This document shows positions 1 through 14,325 of a DNA stretch of 64,000 nucleotides, piece by piece. Made by a program: the position numbers and the translations under genes. Every line of letters starts with the position of its first letter. The stretch's first letter is position 1. Source of the stretch: Octopus sinensis (Eukaryota); the NCBI RefSeq assembly GCF_006345805.1, contig NC_043004.1, positions 44,516,001-44,580,000 of the forward strand. The letters run 5' to 3'. The notes under the pieces are model-generated. The model searched no databases. It had not been told where the DNA came from and worked only from the letters and a program-made list of their open reading frames with translations.

Positions 1-296
1 ACATACATATATATATATACATTATATATACATATATATATACTACATATATATATATACATATATATATATATACATACATAATATATATATATATTAT
101 ATAATACATACATACATATATATACATATATATATATACATATATATATATACATACATATATATATACATATATAATATATACATACATAAATATATAT
201 ATACATACATAAAACATATACATATATATATATATATACATATATAGAAATTCGGGTGAGTACTTGAGTACTATATTATAATATATATATATATAT

Positions 297-327
<31 letters not shown>

Positions 328-350
328 TACATATATACACACAACACACA

Positions 351-405
<55 letters not shown>
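1..405. repeat. (TA)n/(TACA)n microsatellite
   Basis: Direct reading: almost pure TA/CA dinucleotide run. Confidence 0.95.
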
Positions 406-407
<2 letters not shown>

Positions 408-1199
408 CTCCCAAAAAGCGAAGAACACAAGAAACAGCAACGCGAGTATATGGTACAGGCAAGTATTATGTTATAAATATATATGTGTGTGTGTGTGTGT
501 AGTTATCAGAAGAATGGACGAATTTGAGAAAGTGAGAGAAAGAGATAACCGCAAAAAGTGCAAATGTACGATAGCTAATGATGGTGATGGAGATAAAGAA
601 AAAAAAAGTGAGATTAAGAGAGCCGGTGAAAAGAGATAGAAGATAGATATAACAGAATAACGAAAGAAAAAAAAGATGAGAAAGATTGGTGAAAGCAGAA
701 GAGTATAGTAGCAAAAGAAGAAAAGAGAAATTGAAACAGAAGTGTGAGAGAGAGAGAATGAAAAAGAGCAAGAGAAAGAGAGGGAGAGAGAGAAGAGAAA
801 GGAGAGGTAATGATGGTAAATCTATGATGGGGTGGTTTGATAAAAGGACGAGATGAAAAGAGATAGAGCGTACAAGTTCAGACGGTGTCGTTTCAAGTTG
901 AGACTCGTCAAAGACAGGTTGTACATAGTTAATTGTGTTGCATGTTTTATGTGAAAGAATTGTACAGCAACGCTAACTACGAAAAGAAAAGAAGCAGCAA
1001 CGCATACAATAACGACGATAAAGACAACAACAACGAGAACAACATCTACATAGACATCAATAATAGCAAAAACAACACCAGGATATATAAAAGACGACGG
1101 AAGAAAACGGAAAAGAATGAATTTAAAATTAGGAACGACAAAGACAAGAGAAGTAGACTTGAGAAAGGATAAAATTTGATGAATAGAAAGCAGCGGAAA

Positions 1200-1253
1200 A
1201 GATGTATGTATGTATGTAGGTATATATATATACATATATATAAATATATATAT

Positions 1254-1294
<41 letters not shown>

Positions 1295-1810
1295 TATATA
1301 CTCATATATACATATGTATATATAGATATATATTCATACATATATGCACACATGTATATATACGTATGTATATATATATAGATATATACTCATATACTCA
1401 TATATACACACATACGTATATATATGTATATATATATATATATATATGGATATGTAGCTAGATAGATTGATACGGAGAGAGACAGACAACAGACAGACAG
1501 ACAGACAGAAGAGGGAGGGAGAGATGAAGAGACAGAGAAGGAGAGAGAGAGAATGGATTACAAAAGAAGCAACCAAATGCATGAATAAATGAAAGACCGA
1601 ACTTAACAGATCACGCATAAATAAAAGAGAAAAAGCGAGGTGCCAGCAGACAGACAAACAGAGAGAGCGAAAGATAGACAGACAGACACATAGATAGATG
1701 ATAGATAGATATCGATATATATATATATATAGATATATATATATATATAGATAGATAGATAGATAGATAGATATATAGATAGAAGATAGATAGATAATAG
1801 ATAGATCGAT
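1200..1810. repeat. Compound TA / GACA / GA / GATA microsatellite tract
   Basis: Direct reading; explains the overlapping YI-rich ORFs at 1046-2188. Confidence 0.9.
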
Positions 1811-2004
1811 AGACAGATCCAGCAGACAAAGAAAGGAATGAAAACAATAAATAAAGAAGATAAAACGACCGAGTGATTCACTAATCAAATGAATAGAACA
1901 AAAGAAACAAAGGTGTGTTTGCATATATATATTGTGTGTGTATGTATATATATGATATCGTACATGTATATATATATGTATATACGTGTATATATGATAT
2001 ATAA

Positions 2005-2068
<64 letters not shown>

Positions 2069-2439
2069 CCACACACATGTATTATTGTGTCTTATCCATT
2101 CTGTATTACATTTATTCGTCCCGTCCCAACTGATAAATCACACTCTGCTTGTGTTAGTGAATTTCTGTGTTATAAAAACCATACATAATTTATGGAGGGT
2201 GATAAACTAGGCATACGCAGGAGTTCTACAACAAATTTAAAATTTAATGTAGAAAAGCATACAGGAACACAAGCACACCAGGACACGCTCACCCACACAC
2301 ATACATAAATGCACGCGCGTGCATATGTGTGTACACCACACACATATATACATGTGTGCGTGTGTATGTATGTGTGTGTACGAGTGGAGGGAATGTGGCT
2401 TTGTGGTCCGGGTGTTGGGATCTTTGCCATTTGACCTAC

Positions 2440-2645
2440 AGATTAAAAAAGATATTTATTTGTAATTAAACACTTTGAAACTTTGGATATTGGTAGAATG
2501 TGTCATATAAAACATCTTTAACTCTTAGCATTTTTGAGAAAAACTTATGTATTTACAAATTTATTTCACGTTAAATTTGTCGTATTTCGGTAATTCCAAC
2601 CAATAAATCACATGTATTCAGCTGAATAAAATTACTGCCGTTGTT
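2440..2645 (+). mobile_element. Decayed internal part of a non-autonomous DNA element related to 12707-13150
   Basis: Colinear similarity with 12755-12915 (ttggtagaatgtgtcatataaaacatctt vs ctggtaggatgtgtttataaaacatctt; ttgagaaaa; ccaaccaat). TIRs not seen. Confidence 0.45.
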
Positions 2646-2694
2646 TGTCAATAACAACTATCGGCGGTGTATTTTTCTGTTTGTCACTGTAGTT

Positions 2695-2880
2695 CAAAAG
2701 GTAAAGATCCGGGTGTTGCACTTACGATCTAGCGGTCGTGATTTCAATCCCATGCCCGTATAGTACGTTGTGTTCCTGATCCCCCAAAATTTTAATCTCA
2801 CTTTGCTCTGCGATCACTTTGACACCTGACGTACGTTATACAGTGAACATGTTCAGGCAACTTCGATTTCATGGAGAGTG
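2695..2880 (+). mobile_element. Degenerate tRNA-derived SINE (head type D)
   Basis: B-box-like gatttcaatccc, then gttgtgttcctga and ttgctctgcgatcac, as in the reverse complement of 40305-40452. Confidence 0.55.
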
Positions 2881-3269
2881 TTAGTGAACATTCAATCACT
2901 ATAAACAAAAGCTGCGTGCTCATACATCGTCTTCAACGGGAGATTCCTTCCTTTTATATTTTCCTCCTTTTCTCACTTCTCTCACACTTTCTTTATCTCT
3001 CTCGACGTCTATCTCTCCCCCCCTCATCTCACCCTCTCTCTCATATATGTCTCATTTTACCTCTTCTTCTCACTCCGTCTCCCCCTTTTCTTTACATCCT
3101 TCAAATTCTTTTCTCTCTCTCTCCCTCACACTGTCTCTCACTTTCCATCCTTTCCCTCCCTCTGTCTCCCTATCGCTCCATACCCCTTTTCTCTGTCTTC
3201 ATATCACCATCTCTCTTTCCTTCATATCTCCTACTCCCTTTCCCTCCCTCCCTCCCTCTGCTGCACTGA

Positions 3270-5230
3270 AGAAAATGGCTTCTGTAGAACCACTGAGCAG
3301 ATAGAGCAGAAGACAAATGAATTCATGCGATCCTATGCCCTTATTAGACCACACACCGACGCTCTGGGGCAAGGCTGATAAGGATAGAGAGAACGAAGCA
3401 AAAACCCGAAGTCTCTTTGATCCGGTGGTTCCTCAAAAGAATGGATCCCCCATTAATGTAAACAACCAGGCTGATAAAGATAAGGAAGGTAAGGGAGCAA
3501 CAACCAGGAGTCCCTCTGTGCCAGTGGTCCTGCAAAGGGACCGAGTCCTTAACCCATTGGACAACTAGAGGAATGCAAGTGCAACCACCAGAAGGATAGA
3601 ACACGAGCACAAACACAAAGAAGGAAGGAGAGAAAAACGAAAAGGGTAAAATGAATCAACTAAAACCGAAACACAGAACCACCAAACAAAAAACAGAAAA
3701 TTCAAATATGAAGGTTCCAACGGAATCCGAAACCCTAGTAGAGAGAAGAAATTTGGAGTGAACTCAAGTACCTGCAAATTTTTCCTGCAACGCAAATGAT
3801 GGCGATGGGAAGACGGTACAAAACTGCTGCTTTGTTCACCCGAGATCCCGCCAAAACTACAGCGGCCTTAAAGGAGAAATACTTCCCTGGGGAAAGGCAG
3901 CAATCGCCTCCAAAGAAAAAACATACTAATGCAATGCGCTCTTTAGATGCTATGCGCAACAACAAAAGCAATTTTTTTTCCTGAGCGACCTTGCTGCATG
4001 CAATGAAGCCCTCTGCATAGCACTCATGGAAACTCATCTACGCCTTGATATAGAGGCTGCAGAAGTACGCGTACAAAAATATACCATTCTGCAAACAGAC
4101 AGAAGGGCAAGGAGCCATGTTAGAGTTGCTGTATACATCCATGAAGACCTCATACCCCAGGTCTTACTGTCATACTCAAATTCAGTATGTGACGCTCTAA
4201 TTGCATACATAAGACAGCACAATATAGTCATATGCAACACATATCTCCAACCGGATACTCCAGACCACGTAGGCAAGTTTGGAGATGCCTCACAAGAATT
4301 AAAGAAATCCTCATGAAACTGGAATAGCATATGAGCGTATTTCTTATGGGTGATTTCAACTTCCCCAGTGTCAAATGGCCCAAAGCCTCATGCTCTCAGA
4401 AATGATCCATTGCAAACAAGCACTAGTGGAGTCCCTGCTCAACCTCACCAATGCCCTATAAAAGGAACAAGTTGTACTCAGACCAACTAAGGTGAATGAT
4501 ATTTTGGATCTCTGCTTTAGAAAAAATATGGACATCGTTCATGATGTGAAAGTGACGCCGACATTATTTTCGGAACACACCATAATAGAGTTGTCTATGT
4601 ATGGACCAAAAGTAGCCGGAGATATACAGCCTAACGGAAGCATTTAACATTTCTCCAATCTGAACTTCCACAAAGCAGGCAGGAATTCGATCCAAAAAGA
4701 GATCCTAAGACAGGACTGATCGAAATGTCTTTCCACACCAGAAAATGGCATGAAACTAGAGTATTTCATGTCTGCTATGCAAACCATATGCCGGAATGTA
4801 TCCCAGAGCACAAGGCTATCGCTTCAGCCAACATTCCAGAAGTAGCGAAAGGTCCCGCCTAAAAAACAACACTGATGGAAATTGAAAGACGCTTGCGACA
4901 ATCCTATGCGAGGGAGATAGCAGATAAAGAAGTCTGGGTTATAAAAAAAGATTAAGTCAAAACCAAAGGCCTTTTCTTTATGCCAAAGAAACAACCTACA
5001 AAATAGGACTCGTCTTCCAAAACGATGGCTCTCTTATGATCCAACAAGGATCAGTGAGATACTGAATGACCAGTTCAAAAGTATCTTTACCACTCCGTTG
5101 GAACACAGACAAGTGAACAAAGCAGTGGATTTCTTAGCATGCCCATTTGACAACAAGGTATGCGATAAAGAAGAAGGCAATGTCGAGAGATATAACAGGT
5201 TAGCTTGCGAGGTTAAGCAGTTGTCTTCGC
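3270..5230 (+). mobile_element. CR1-like LINE relic: ORF1 remnant, AP endonuclease and linker, RT missing
   Basis: ETHLRLDIEAAEVRVQKYTILQTDRRARSHVRVAVYIHEDL (APE N-terminus), GDFNFPSVKW at 4349, NDILDLCF, SEHTII and ISEILNDQFKSIFTTP near 5050; many stops and frameshifts. Confidence 0.85.
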
Positions 5231-5332
5231 TGAAAAATAAGGGTCGTTTATTTAGTGAACAGGTGACACCGTAACACATCTCCAGTATTAGAAGCTGTGC
5301 AAAGACAATAAAATTATCATAATTATAATCAT

Positions 5333-5452
5333 TATCCTTTCTGCTAAAGGCACAAGTCCTGAAATTTGGAGAGGAGCATAGTCGATTACATCGACCCCAG
5401 AACTCACGTGATATTTATTTTATCGACCCCGAAATGATAAAAGGCAAAGTGA
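5333..5452 (-). mobile_element. SINE head type B, 3' half
   Basis: Reverse complement matches 58010-58125 (atcctttc...ctgaaatttgg...gtcgattacatcgacccca...atcgaccccgaa). Confidence 0.7.
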
Positions 5453-6455
5453 AGAGATACAGAAATATGACATTATCTCAGGTGACCATGGTATAGATAG
5501 CAAGAAACACCACAATATTTATAATTTAGTTTCACGTTTGGGTACCTTGAGAATGCGAATGGCATGAATTAATGTCGAGTGAACGCTAGCTGGAACTCGA
5601 GCTTGTATTTCTAATATCTTCGTATTACACATCGCTATCTAAATATAACAACCTTACAAAAATTGGCACTACTTGAAACTACCTGCGTTGGAGGAAAGGT
5701 TTTCTCTACTCATAAACATATAAGTTGATAGAGACTAGCTAGTATGTACCTGATCGACACTCGAAAACGGGCACACACAGGTGTGCCTGATTCAAAACTA
5801 AAAACTCATGTGAAATAAATTGGTGAAAATCACAATAACAGAAACGATAATTTTTTCATATAATGTTCATCGTGACGATGGTGGCTATAGAGAAATAACA
5901 TTGTGATTACATCTGAAGTAGTAAGTTAAAGAAACGAGAATATGTTAACTGGAATGAAATAGTATTCCTCTCAAGATTCTCAAAACAAACGAAAAATAGT
6001 CAGCGAAGTGAAAGTAAATTTAATCGATGAAAGGCAAACAAAAGTGCATGCTGTTTAGGGGAAATTTAAAGAAAAAGATGTAAGTATTTGATGTCACGTA
6101 TTTTTTTCTTTTCTTTCTACCTTTAAAGAAATATAGAAGTCCTTTGCCTGTGCTTACTGAAATATTAGTAAAATTATGAACTTAGGAAATAGAAGAGAAA
6201 AACGAAAAAAAGGATGGAGACATGATATATAATTTGAAAAGTAAGCTGTAGCTGTATGCTGGAAATAAATTTTCAGCCTCGTTGAGAAAAGTAAACAAGT
6301 TCAATGAAAAATAAGTTTTAGATCCTCTATTTCCACGAGTAGCAGGTTGGAATCGTACAGAATGGTTTCTAGCAGAGTTACATTATTCGTTTTCTGTCTA
6401 CAGAGAAATTAGTATTTATAGTAATGGGCTACAAGCTATAAGTTACTAGTCTATA

Positions 6456-6510
<55 letters not shown>

Positions 6511-6908
6511 TTGTTGTTAATAGGTTCAGCAAGTAAAAGAACTCGATACATCTCAGAGTTATGAATTCTTTATACAATGACGTAAATCTCTGAATAGCAA
6601 CTACAGTATCATGTATGAACAAATGTATTTGGAGAAAATCGGAGATTTCTGAATCTAATCCCTACACTGTTTGCATGCATACTCATATAATCTGCTAGCC
6701 TCCAGTCAACTATATAAACTGAATTACGCTATTAGACCGCCACGTCGGAGGAAATTCAACAGAATGAGTGCCAAGCAGTTTTTAAGCATAAGAGAACTTT
6801 AAGTTAAAATGCTTGCGATATATTTCAACTTCAAAAAGGCAAATCCACTACAGTTACCGTGGAGACAAAAATTATCTTGCATACATATATACATACATAC
6901 ATATATAC

Positions 6909-6950
<42 letters not shown>

Positions 6951-7549
6951 TAAATCTAAAAACAAAACGAAGAACAGATACAAGAAAAAAAATCAACGTT
7001 AGCTGATGGTACATGCAAAGTATTAGCCGACGCTCAGGGAAGGAAAGAAATGTGGTTTTACGTTTCGAGCAAAGCTCTTCTTCAGAGACAGGAGACAAAG
7101 GAAAGTCCAAGAGAAAAAGGAAAACTGACGAAAAAACTCGCCAACGATTCACATGTGGTTACATGGTGTGTGTGGAGAGACAGAGAAACAGACAGAGACA
7201 GAGAAAGAGAGGGAGATCAAAACAATTTGATTGAAATTCCATGGTACTTAAAGTTTCAAAGTAGCTTATGATAATCGTCAACCATTGAAACTTTGGTGTA
7301 TCTGTGTTTGAGCGAGAGAGAGAGAGAGAAAAGATAAGGATAGCATGACTGGAATGCCTTGAACATGTATATGACCTGGGGCTAAACAACAGCAGCAGGT
7401 GTAACAGCACCACATCTTCTTTTTCTTCTTATTCTACTACTACCACTACTAAAGAGCCTAAAAGTTTTGTCTTTGGTGTCAATTGTCATTACTCATTACT
7501 CCTTAAATAGTAATAAATATTTCCTTCCATATTTTCTATATTGTGCCTG

Positions 7550-7635
<86 letters not shown>

Positions 7636-7949
7636 TATACACACGCACACACAGAGTGAGAGAAATAGACAAATAGACCGACAAAGAGACAGAGATATAC
7701 ACACACATGTATATGTAAATGTGTGTGTGTGTGTGTGTGTGTGTTAATAAACTATTTAAGCATCGACAAGATTACTGAGACGATGTCATTTAATTATACA
7801 TCATAATAATTTAATATATTTACCAAAGAGCGATTGGACCAACTAACTTCAAAGCTGTTATAACCAGTTTATATCTTTCATGGTAGACATGAAGAACTTT
7901 CCCCAGTACGGAAAGACCTCCACATACATATACATATGCGCTTACACGC

Positions 7950-8105
<156 letters not shown>

Positions 8106-8149
8106 TTATATATATATATATAATATATAATATATTATGGTGGCTTCCC

Positions 8150-8663
8150 CCTCGTTATCAATGTTGTTTTCGTGCAATGTCTGTACAAGAAGATTTTTTT
8201 TAAAGTGAGAAAAGGCTTTGCACTCAGTCAATCCCACTCACTAAGCAACAGCAGCCATAATCCGAAAAGAAGAACAAGTCAACATCATCGGTAACCTCTG
8301 AGCCGCAGGTTTTATGTCGGAGTTATCCCAATTACCTGAGTTACTCTCTCCTAGAAGGATGCCCTAACAAAGGCTAGGAGTCCTTCACTCCCAACTGTTT
8401 AACCGCGCGATCGGGTATTCAGTCCGATTATTTCTGTGTCCCCGCGCATGATACATCCTTAAGACATTTATTGGATGGCCGTTGACTCTCAAGAGTTCCT
8501 CCGCCCTTAGACGGGTTTTGTTTTTCATCCCGCAGGGTGTCCAATAAACACCCTCTTCACCAAGCAAGCTTGGTGGGGTTGCTGGTTTAGTCACCGACGA
8601 CCCGACCGTGCAACAGGTTGTACTGGGTTACATGTTACCAGTAGCACTCCAAAGTGACCTGAC

Positions 8664-8665
<2 letters not shown>
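8150..8665 (-). mobile_element. Probable RTE-clade LINE 5' UTR and start of ORF
   Basis: GC-richer island. Minus strand has gggcatccttctaggagagagtaactc...aactccgacataaaacc, resembling the gggcatcc-tctaggagaaggaaaactc motif I recall from RTE 5' UTRs. Assignment from memory. Confidence 0.45.
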
Positions 8666-8709
<44 letters not shown>

Positions 8710-9357
8710 GACACACACACATACACACACACACACATTATATATATAGATATATATATAGATATATATATATATATATGTATATCACCGTAGTTAAATA
8801 CAGGCTTAGGGTCACTCTCATACATACTGTTTATCTTAAACACACACACATATGGTGAGAGACACTGCTTAGTCATATTCCTACATATGCAATCATATGG
8901 ACAAACCTGAAAGGGGTAAATATCAAGGAATCAAACAAAACTATGTGTGTAAACCATATCATATAATTAGCTTCACTTAAGGTATGTATTGCTTGCGGTT
9001 GGAGACAAAATTGCGAAAGCTATATTTTTTATTGAAACTTCAGTAGTGAAGCCACAGCTGTGCCGGTTCAAAACATTTTGGATGTACGATGATTCAGATG
9101 CAAGTACTTTTTATCAACATCAAATACCACGGTTCAAACCTTAGTAAAACATGCATGTGTTTTCTTTTAATACGTAAAGTAATTTTATTTCATGATTTGC
9201 TTGACAAAATATGTTCCAGTTTCCATTTTTAATCAAACGTAGGTATATTGAAAAGTATTTATAACATATATTTTGTAAGTCTATTTCGCGTAAACTTTTC
9301 TTCCCACGACATTTTAAGACAATATACTTTTACAAGAGGTCTTTCTTTATCTCTTCA

Positions 9358-9628
9358 GATTATTCTTTGTAAGCCTAGTACTTATTCTATCGGTCTCTTT
9401 TTGCCGAGCGTAAACACACCAGCATCGGTTGTCAATCGATGGTGGGAGGTGGGGACAGACACGGACACACACACACATATATATATACGACGAGTTTCTT
9501 TCAGTTTCAATCTACCAAATCCACTCACAAGGCTTTGGTAGGCCCGAGGCTATAGAGGAAAACGCTTGCCCAAGGTGCCACGCAGTAGAACTGAACCCAA
9601 AACCATGTGGTTGGTTAGCAAGCTACTT
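9358..9628 (-). mobile_element. SINE head type A, internally deleted
   Basis: Reverse complement aligns with 59622-60060, including the internal CA/TA microsatellite. Confidence 0.85.
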
Positions 9629-10879
9629 TATTTCATTTTTATTTGCCATAAAGGCAGTATGTAGAGTAGCTGAGGGCTGTACAAACTCATTAAGGAATGA
9701 AAATGAAATAAAATGAATAAATGAGAGACGAAACCCAACACCCGCCGATTGGATTTTTCTCGAAAACATATTTTCTTTTTTTTTTAAATTAATATGAGGT
9801 TTCAAATCTCTTACAAGAAGGAGGCACTAAAACCTCTTACCTAAAATGTTTTTTTAAACACACAACTGAGGTTATAAACCACTTCACATAATGCAATAAG
9901 ATGGGGTTTCAAACCCTCTAACGAGGCTTTTTCACCTCCTACTCATTGATATATCCATCAATATATCCGTCATTATCTTCAATGCCGCTTGAGTTTCTGA
10001 ATCCCGCCAGTTTCCATGCCTCACTCATTTAGGACATGTAAGTCATTCCAGTGAAAACACCACCTGGCCATATGCGACACTCCTACCCAAATCCTTTAAG
10101 CTTTTCCCACAAGGGAAATCTTATGACCTCCAAAGGTATCTGCGGAGGCCATTCGGGATCCCGTGTGACGGCCCAATCTACTGTCTCTTTATGTTCTTCT
10201 ACTATTTTTCCACCTCCCCGCCCTTGTAGGAAAAGATAAATAATTCTTCATCTTTAATGGTGGGGGTCGTTTCTTCCACTGTGGGTGGCACAACATCCGA
10301 ACATGCAGACGGTACATCATCTCCCACCTGCAATAACCCGTACTTCTTTCTTTTTTTCTTTGCTTCCTGACTTTGGCAGAGTGGAGGTTTTCTGCTTTTT
10401 CTGGAGACCCTCCTCCACCTCCCGAAGCCATAGGGTCCTTCGGCGGGCAACCATTGTTGTCCGCCTTCTAATCTATGAAAAATTTGGATCCCTACAAATT
10501 GCCTCCCCATCTCATTTGAACATAGTTGCAATCGATACTAGAAGCTTGTTTACCCCCTCTTTAAGTTAAGATAATATCTTTAAAAATTAATAAGTTAATA
10601 TACGTTGTTTAATTTACTTCATCTCCCCTACCTAACTTAAAGCTAGGGGGAATATTGAGTCTCCACTGCCGTAGTCTTGTTGGCCGCACTTCAAAGATTT
10701 CACACACACATACACATATGTATATATAAATACACACACAAACGCGCATACAAACACACAGACACACACACACATACATACATACATGCATGCATACATA
10801 CATACATACATACATACATACATAAATACATACATACATACGTAAATACATACATACATATGTATATATAAATAACTGT

Positions 10880-11660
10880 ATATTTTTCTCTTCTTCACTC
10901 CAGTATTTTAATTTTTCAAAACTGACTTCCTATATCTTTCAATTTCCAGTCAAATCCAAAGCTCGACTTATTTCAAAATATTTATTGTTTTTCTTTCTTT
11001 GGTATCGCCAGCAATTTGTGATTCCTAGGTGTTTGTTTACATTCTCTGAAAGCAAAGTTTTTTATAAATAATTCAAGAATGTGTCTAATATAATATGTAG
11101 TATAACTTTTTTCGTCTCTATTTATCTACACTGTGTAAGTTCTCTGAGCACATTTTCTTCTTCAAATATGGAAATTTTCCTAGGCCAAAATCTTCTTACC
11201 GTTTCCTAGCTATAAAATGATGATTGTATAAATGTGTTTCAATAACTCTAATCAGCCCAGTATTTTCCTACCTCTCATTCTATTGAAAGCTATAGTACCT
11301 GCAATTGAGAGCATGGCCGGCAGAGCTTTTATAAGCAGCATTATACTTACCTAAGGCAGTTTCTCAAACTACACCATTCTTTAAAAGACCACATCCGATG
11401 GAACGTCTAACTTCTATCTTTTGAAAAAGTCATGCAACCACTATTCTGGTTTCCATGCTATTACGAAATCTTTTGCTTTGTCAAATGAGCTTCCTCAATC
11501 CACTTTGTGGAACGCCTTCGCAAAACAGACCTATACAAAGATTTGAATGGTTTGTTTTAACAGCAGTCACAATACTAAAGAAATTGGGTAGGCAGATTCT
11601 AGCCGAGTGGACACCGTTTTGAGTAGCAGTCAGCAGATAGTCTAGAAGTGTTCAATTTCC
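10880..11660 (-). mobile_element. Old CR1-like RT fragment
   Basis: Minus-strand translation gives FAKAFHKVD*GSSFDKAKDFVIAWKPE*WLHDFFKR, matching CR1-type DFAKAFDKVDH...WLHDFLKDR; heavily decayed. Confidence 0.6.
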
Positions 11661-11730
11661 CTTTAATCTATAATTCGTCCCTTGACTTTGCTGATATGTG
11701 AAGGATATTACATATATTACGTTAACGATA

Positions 11731-12319
11731 TCTCTCTCTATATAAACGGCAGTTTGTCTGTCTGCGTGTCTGTGTGTCTGTTAGGTTGTACCCTCACCCT
11801 GACCACGGCATTCAACCGATTCTGATGAAACTCGACACACACATAGCCCAATGTCATAATTCAAAACTGACGAAGCGAAAATTTTGAAAAGTTCCCCCAG
11901 TTCTGAAAACAGTCGATAAATTCGTCATGGGGTCGAGAATCAGAAACACAAACCACAGACTGTCTAGGGGACGCGACTCGACCTTTTTAACTCTCAACTC
12001 CATCCTGCTTCGCAATGTCCATCAATAAATCCCAAGGCCAAACGCTACAAGCCGCTGGGTTACAGTTGGGCGAACAGTGCTTCGCCCACGGTCAACTCTA
12101 CGTGGGCTGTTCACGCGTTGGGAGGCGCAATGATGTTTTCATGTTTTCGCCCAAAGGGACAGCTAGGAACATCGTATACACAGAAGTATTCGAATGAAGA
12201 GAAGACATTGCAACCTACACATGCGCCTTCGTTCCCTAGAGGGAAAGGACTAGATTGGGATTAGTCGTTGCCTACTAGGGGCTCTTACATACCCGGGCAA
12301 CGCCGGGCTATGCTGCTAG
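11731..12319 (+). mobile_element. Non-autonomous Helitron (589 bp) retaining the Pif1-like helicase C-terminus
   Basis: 5' A|TC at 11730-11732 with a GTCT microsatellite; CFAMSINKSQGQTL...HGQLYVGCSRVG...RNIVYTEVFE* at about 12006-12197; 3' hairpin cccgggcaacgccggg followed by CTAG|T at 12316-12320. Confidence 0.9.
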
Positions 12320-12706
12320 TTACATATAAGACGTTACTGGGAGAAGCTAGCTACTTGCATGAATACTTTTGAAAAGTATCTGAAGTGGTTCTGCGAGAAC
12401 ATTGTTGCATAATTTCAGAATAATTGCCGAGAACTGAATAAATATACATACGTAATAGTAACTTCTCACATATTTGCAAGGTCACCATAGTGTTGCGAAG
12501 AGCATAAGATTACATCAACAGCATCGATTTAGTGATTTTTTTTTTTTATCAACTACACATAGATGATACCAAAAATTCTACCGCAGATTAATTTGAACTG
12601 AGGACATAAAGCCATGCAACACGGTAGCACATGATGTTCTGTCCGCTACTCCACGAAATGTAACATCCAGTGATTTGATATATAATAATACACTAGGTAC
12701 AGTTTT

Positions 12707-13150
12707 GGATCCTTTCGGTTTGAACGGCAGTTTTTAACATAATTTCCAGGTAACTAAAAAAATTTAAGCTTCGTATACTGGTAGGATGTGTTTATAAAAC
12801 ATCTTTTTCTCTTGGCTTTATTGAGAAAATTCTATGGATTGTAAGATATTTGTTGTTGTTTTTCTTCAATTTCTGCAATTTCAACCAATTACTGACGTCT
12901 ATTGAGGTAAAAAACAATCTGTGCCGTATGAATATGTCCCTCGTTTAAGAAACAGATTCGGTTTATTTACATTTAGGAAGAAAAAAAGATACCCTTCTCC
13001 CCACCCCTAACCCTAACCCTAACCAACCCTAACTAACCCTAACCCTAAAACAGATTGAAATGCAATAGATCGATACCAGGGTCATAATTATGGGTAACAA
13101 TTTCATATGACATCGCTAGAAAAAAACTGCCGTTCAAACTGAAAAGATCC
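12707..13150. mobile_element. MITE-like element with 29-bp TIRs and internal (CCCTAA)n
   Basis: ggatcctttcggtttgaacggcagttttt (12707-12735) vs aaaaactgccgttcaaactgaaaagatcc (13122-13150), 2 mismatches; telomere-type hexamers at about 13005-13046. Confidence 0.85.
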
Positions 13151-13429
13151 TGTATGTATGTATGTAGATGTAGTTATGTATGAATGTATAAGTATCTTTG
13201 GGCTTCAACCTCACCATTGTTTGAAGTCAGTGTTGATTTGTTTACATCTTCATACCTTAGCAGTTCTGCGTAAAGGAGTCACAGATTAAGTTAAAGCCTT
13301 GAAAAATTAAATTGGAGTAGATTCATTCCACTAAAATCTGCTGAAGGCGGTCAGCAACCATAGTTGCAGTTGAATGACTGAAACAAGGAAAATGTGAACG
13401 ATAAAGGATACAAAAGCATACATACAATA

Positions 13430-13557
13430 TATGCATTCACACACATATATTATATATATGTATACATATATGTATTTATATATGTATATATGTGTATGTA
13501 TATATATATATAATATATATATATATAGATATATATATATATATATGTATAGATATC

Positions 13558-13593
<36 letters not shown>

Positions 13594-13868
13594 GATATGT
13601 ATATATAGATATATATGTATATTATATATACATATATATAATAGATGTATATATCTATATAGATATATATATATATATATATTACATATTATCTATATAT
13701 ATGTATATATATATACATATATATATATATATTATATATACATACATATATAATATATATATATATATATACATATATTATATATATAATATATATGTGC
13801 ATGTATATATATTTGTATATATATGCATACCATACACATACACACACACAGATATATATACATATATA

Positions 13869-13912
<44 letters not shown>

Positions 13913-13943
13913 GTGTATGTTATGTATATGCACCATAATACAA

Positions 13944-13979
<36 letters not shown>

Positions 13980-14092
13980 GTATATAGATATATATATGTA
14001 TAGATATATATTATAGATATATATATTATATGTATATATATATATATATATATAGATATATATGGATATATATATATATTATATATATGTAG

Positions 14093-14137
<45 letters not shown>

Positions 14138-14178
14138 ACATAGATATATATATATACATATATATATTATATGTATAT

Positions 14179-14209
<31 letters not shown>

Positions 14210-14325
14210 TATATATAACATATATATATATATATATATACTATATATATAGATACATATATATATATATATATATATATACATATTATATATATATATA
14301 TAATATACATATATATATAAAATCA
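13430..14325. repeat. ~900-bp degenerate (TA)n microsatellite
   Basis: Direct reading. Confidence 0.95.

Noticed and set aside
1046-2188. Long ORFs rich in Y, I, H, T, C and V here and throughout the window (e.g. 13431-14003, 42139-42792)
   Set aside because: They are translations of TA/CA microsatellites, which lack stop codons.
13005-13046. True telomere or chromosome-fusion scar
   Set aside because: Short, degenerate and inside a TIR element.
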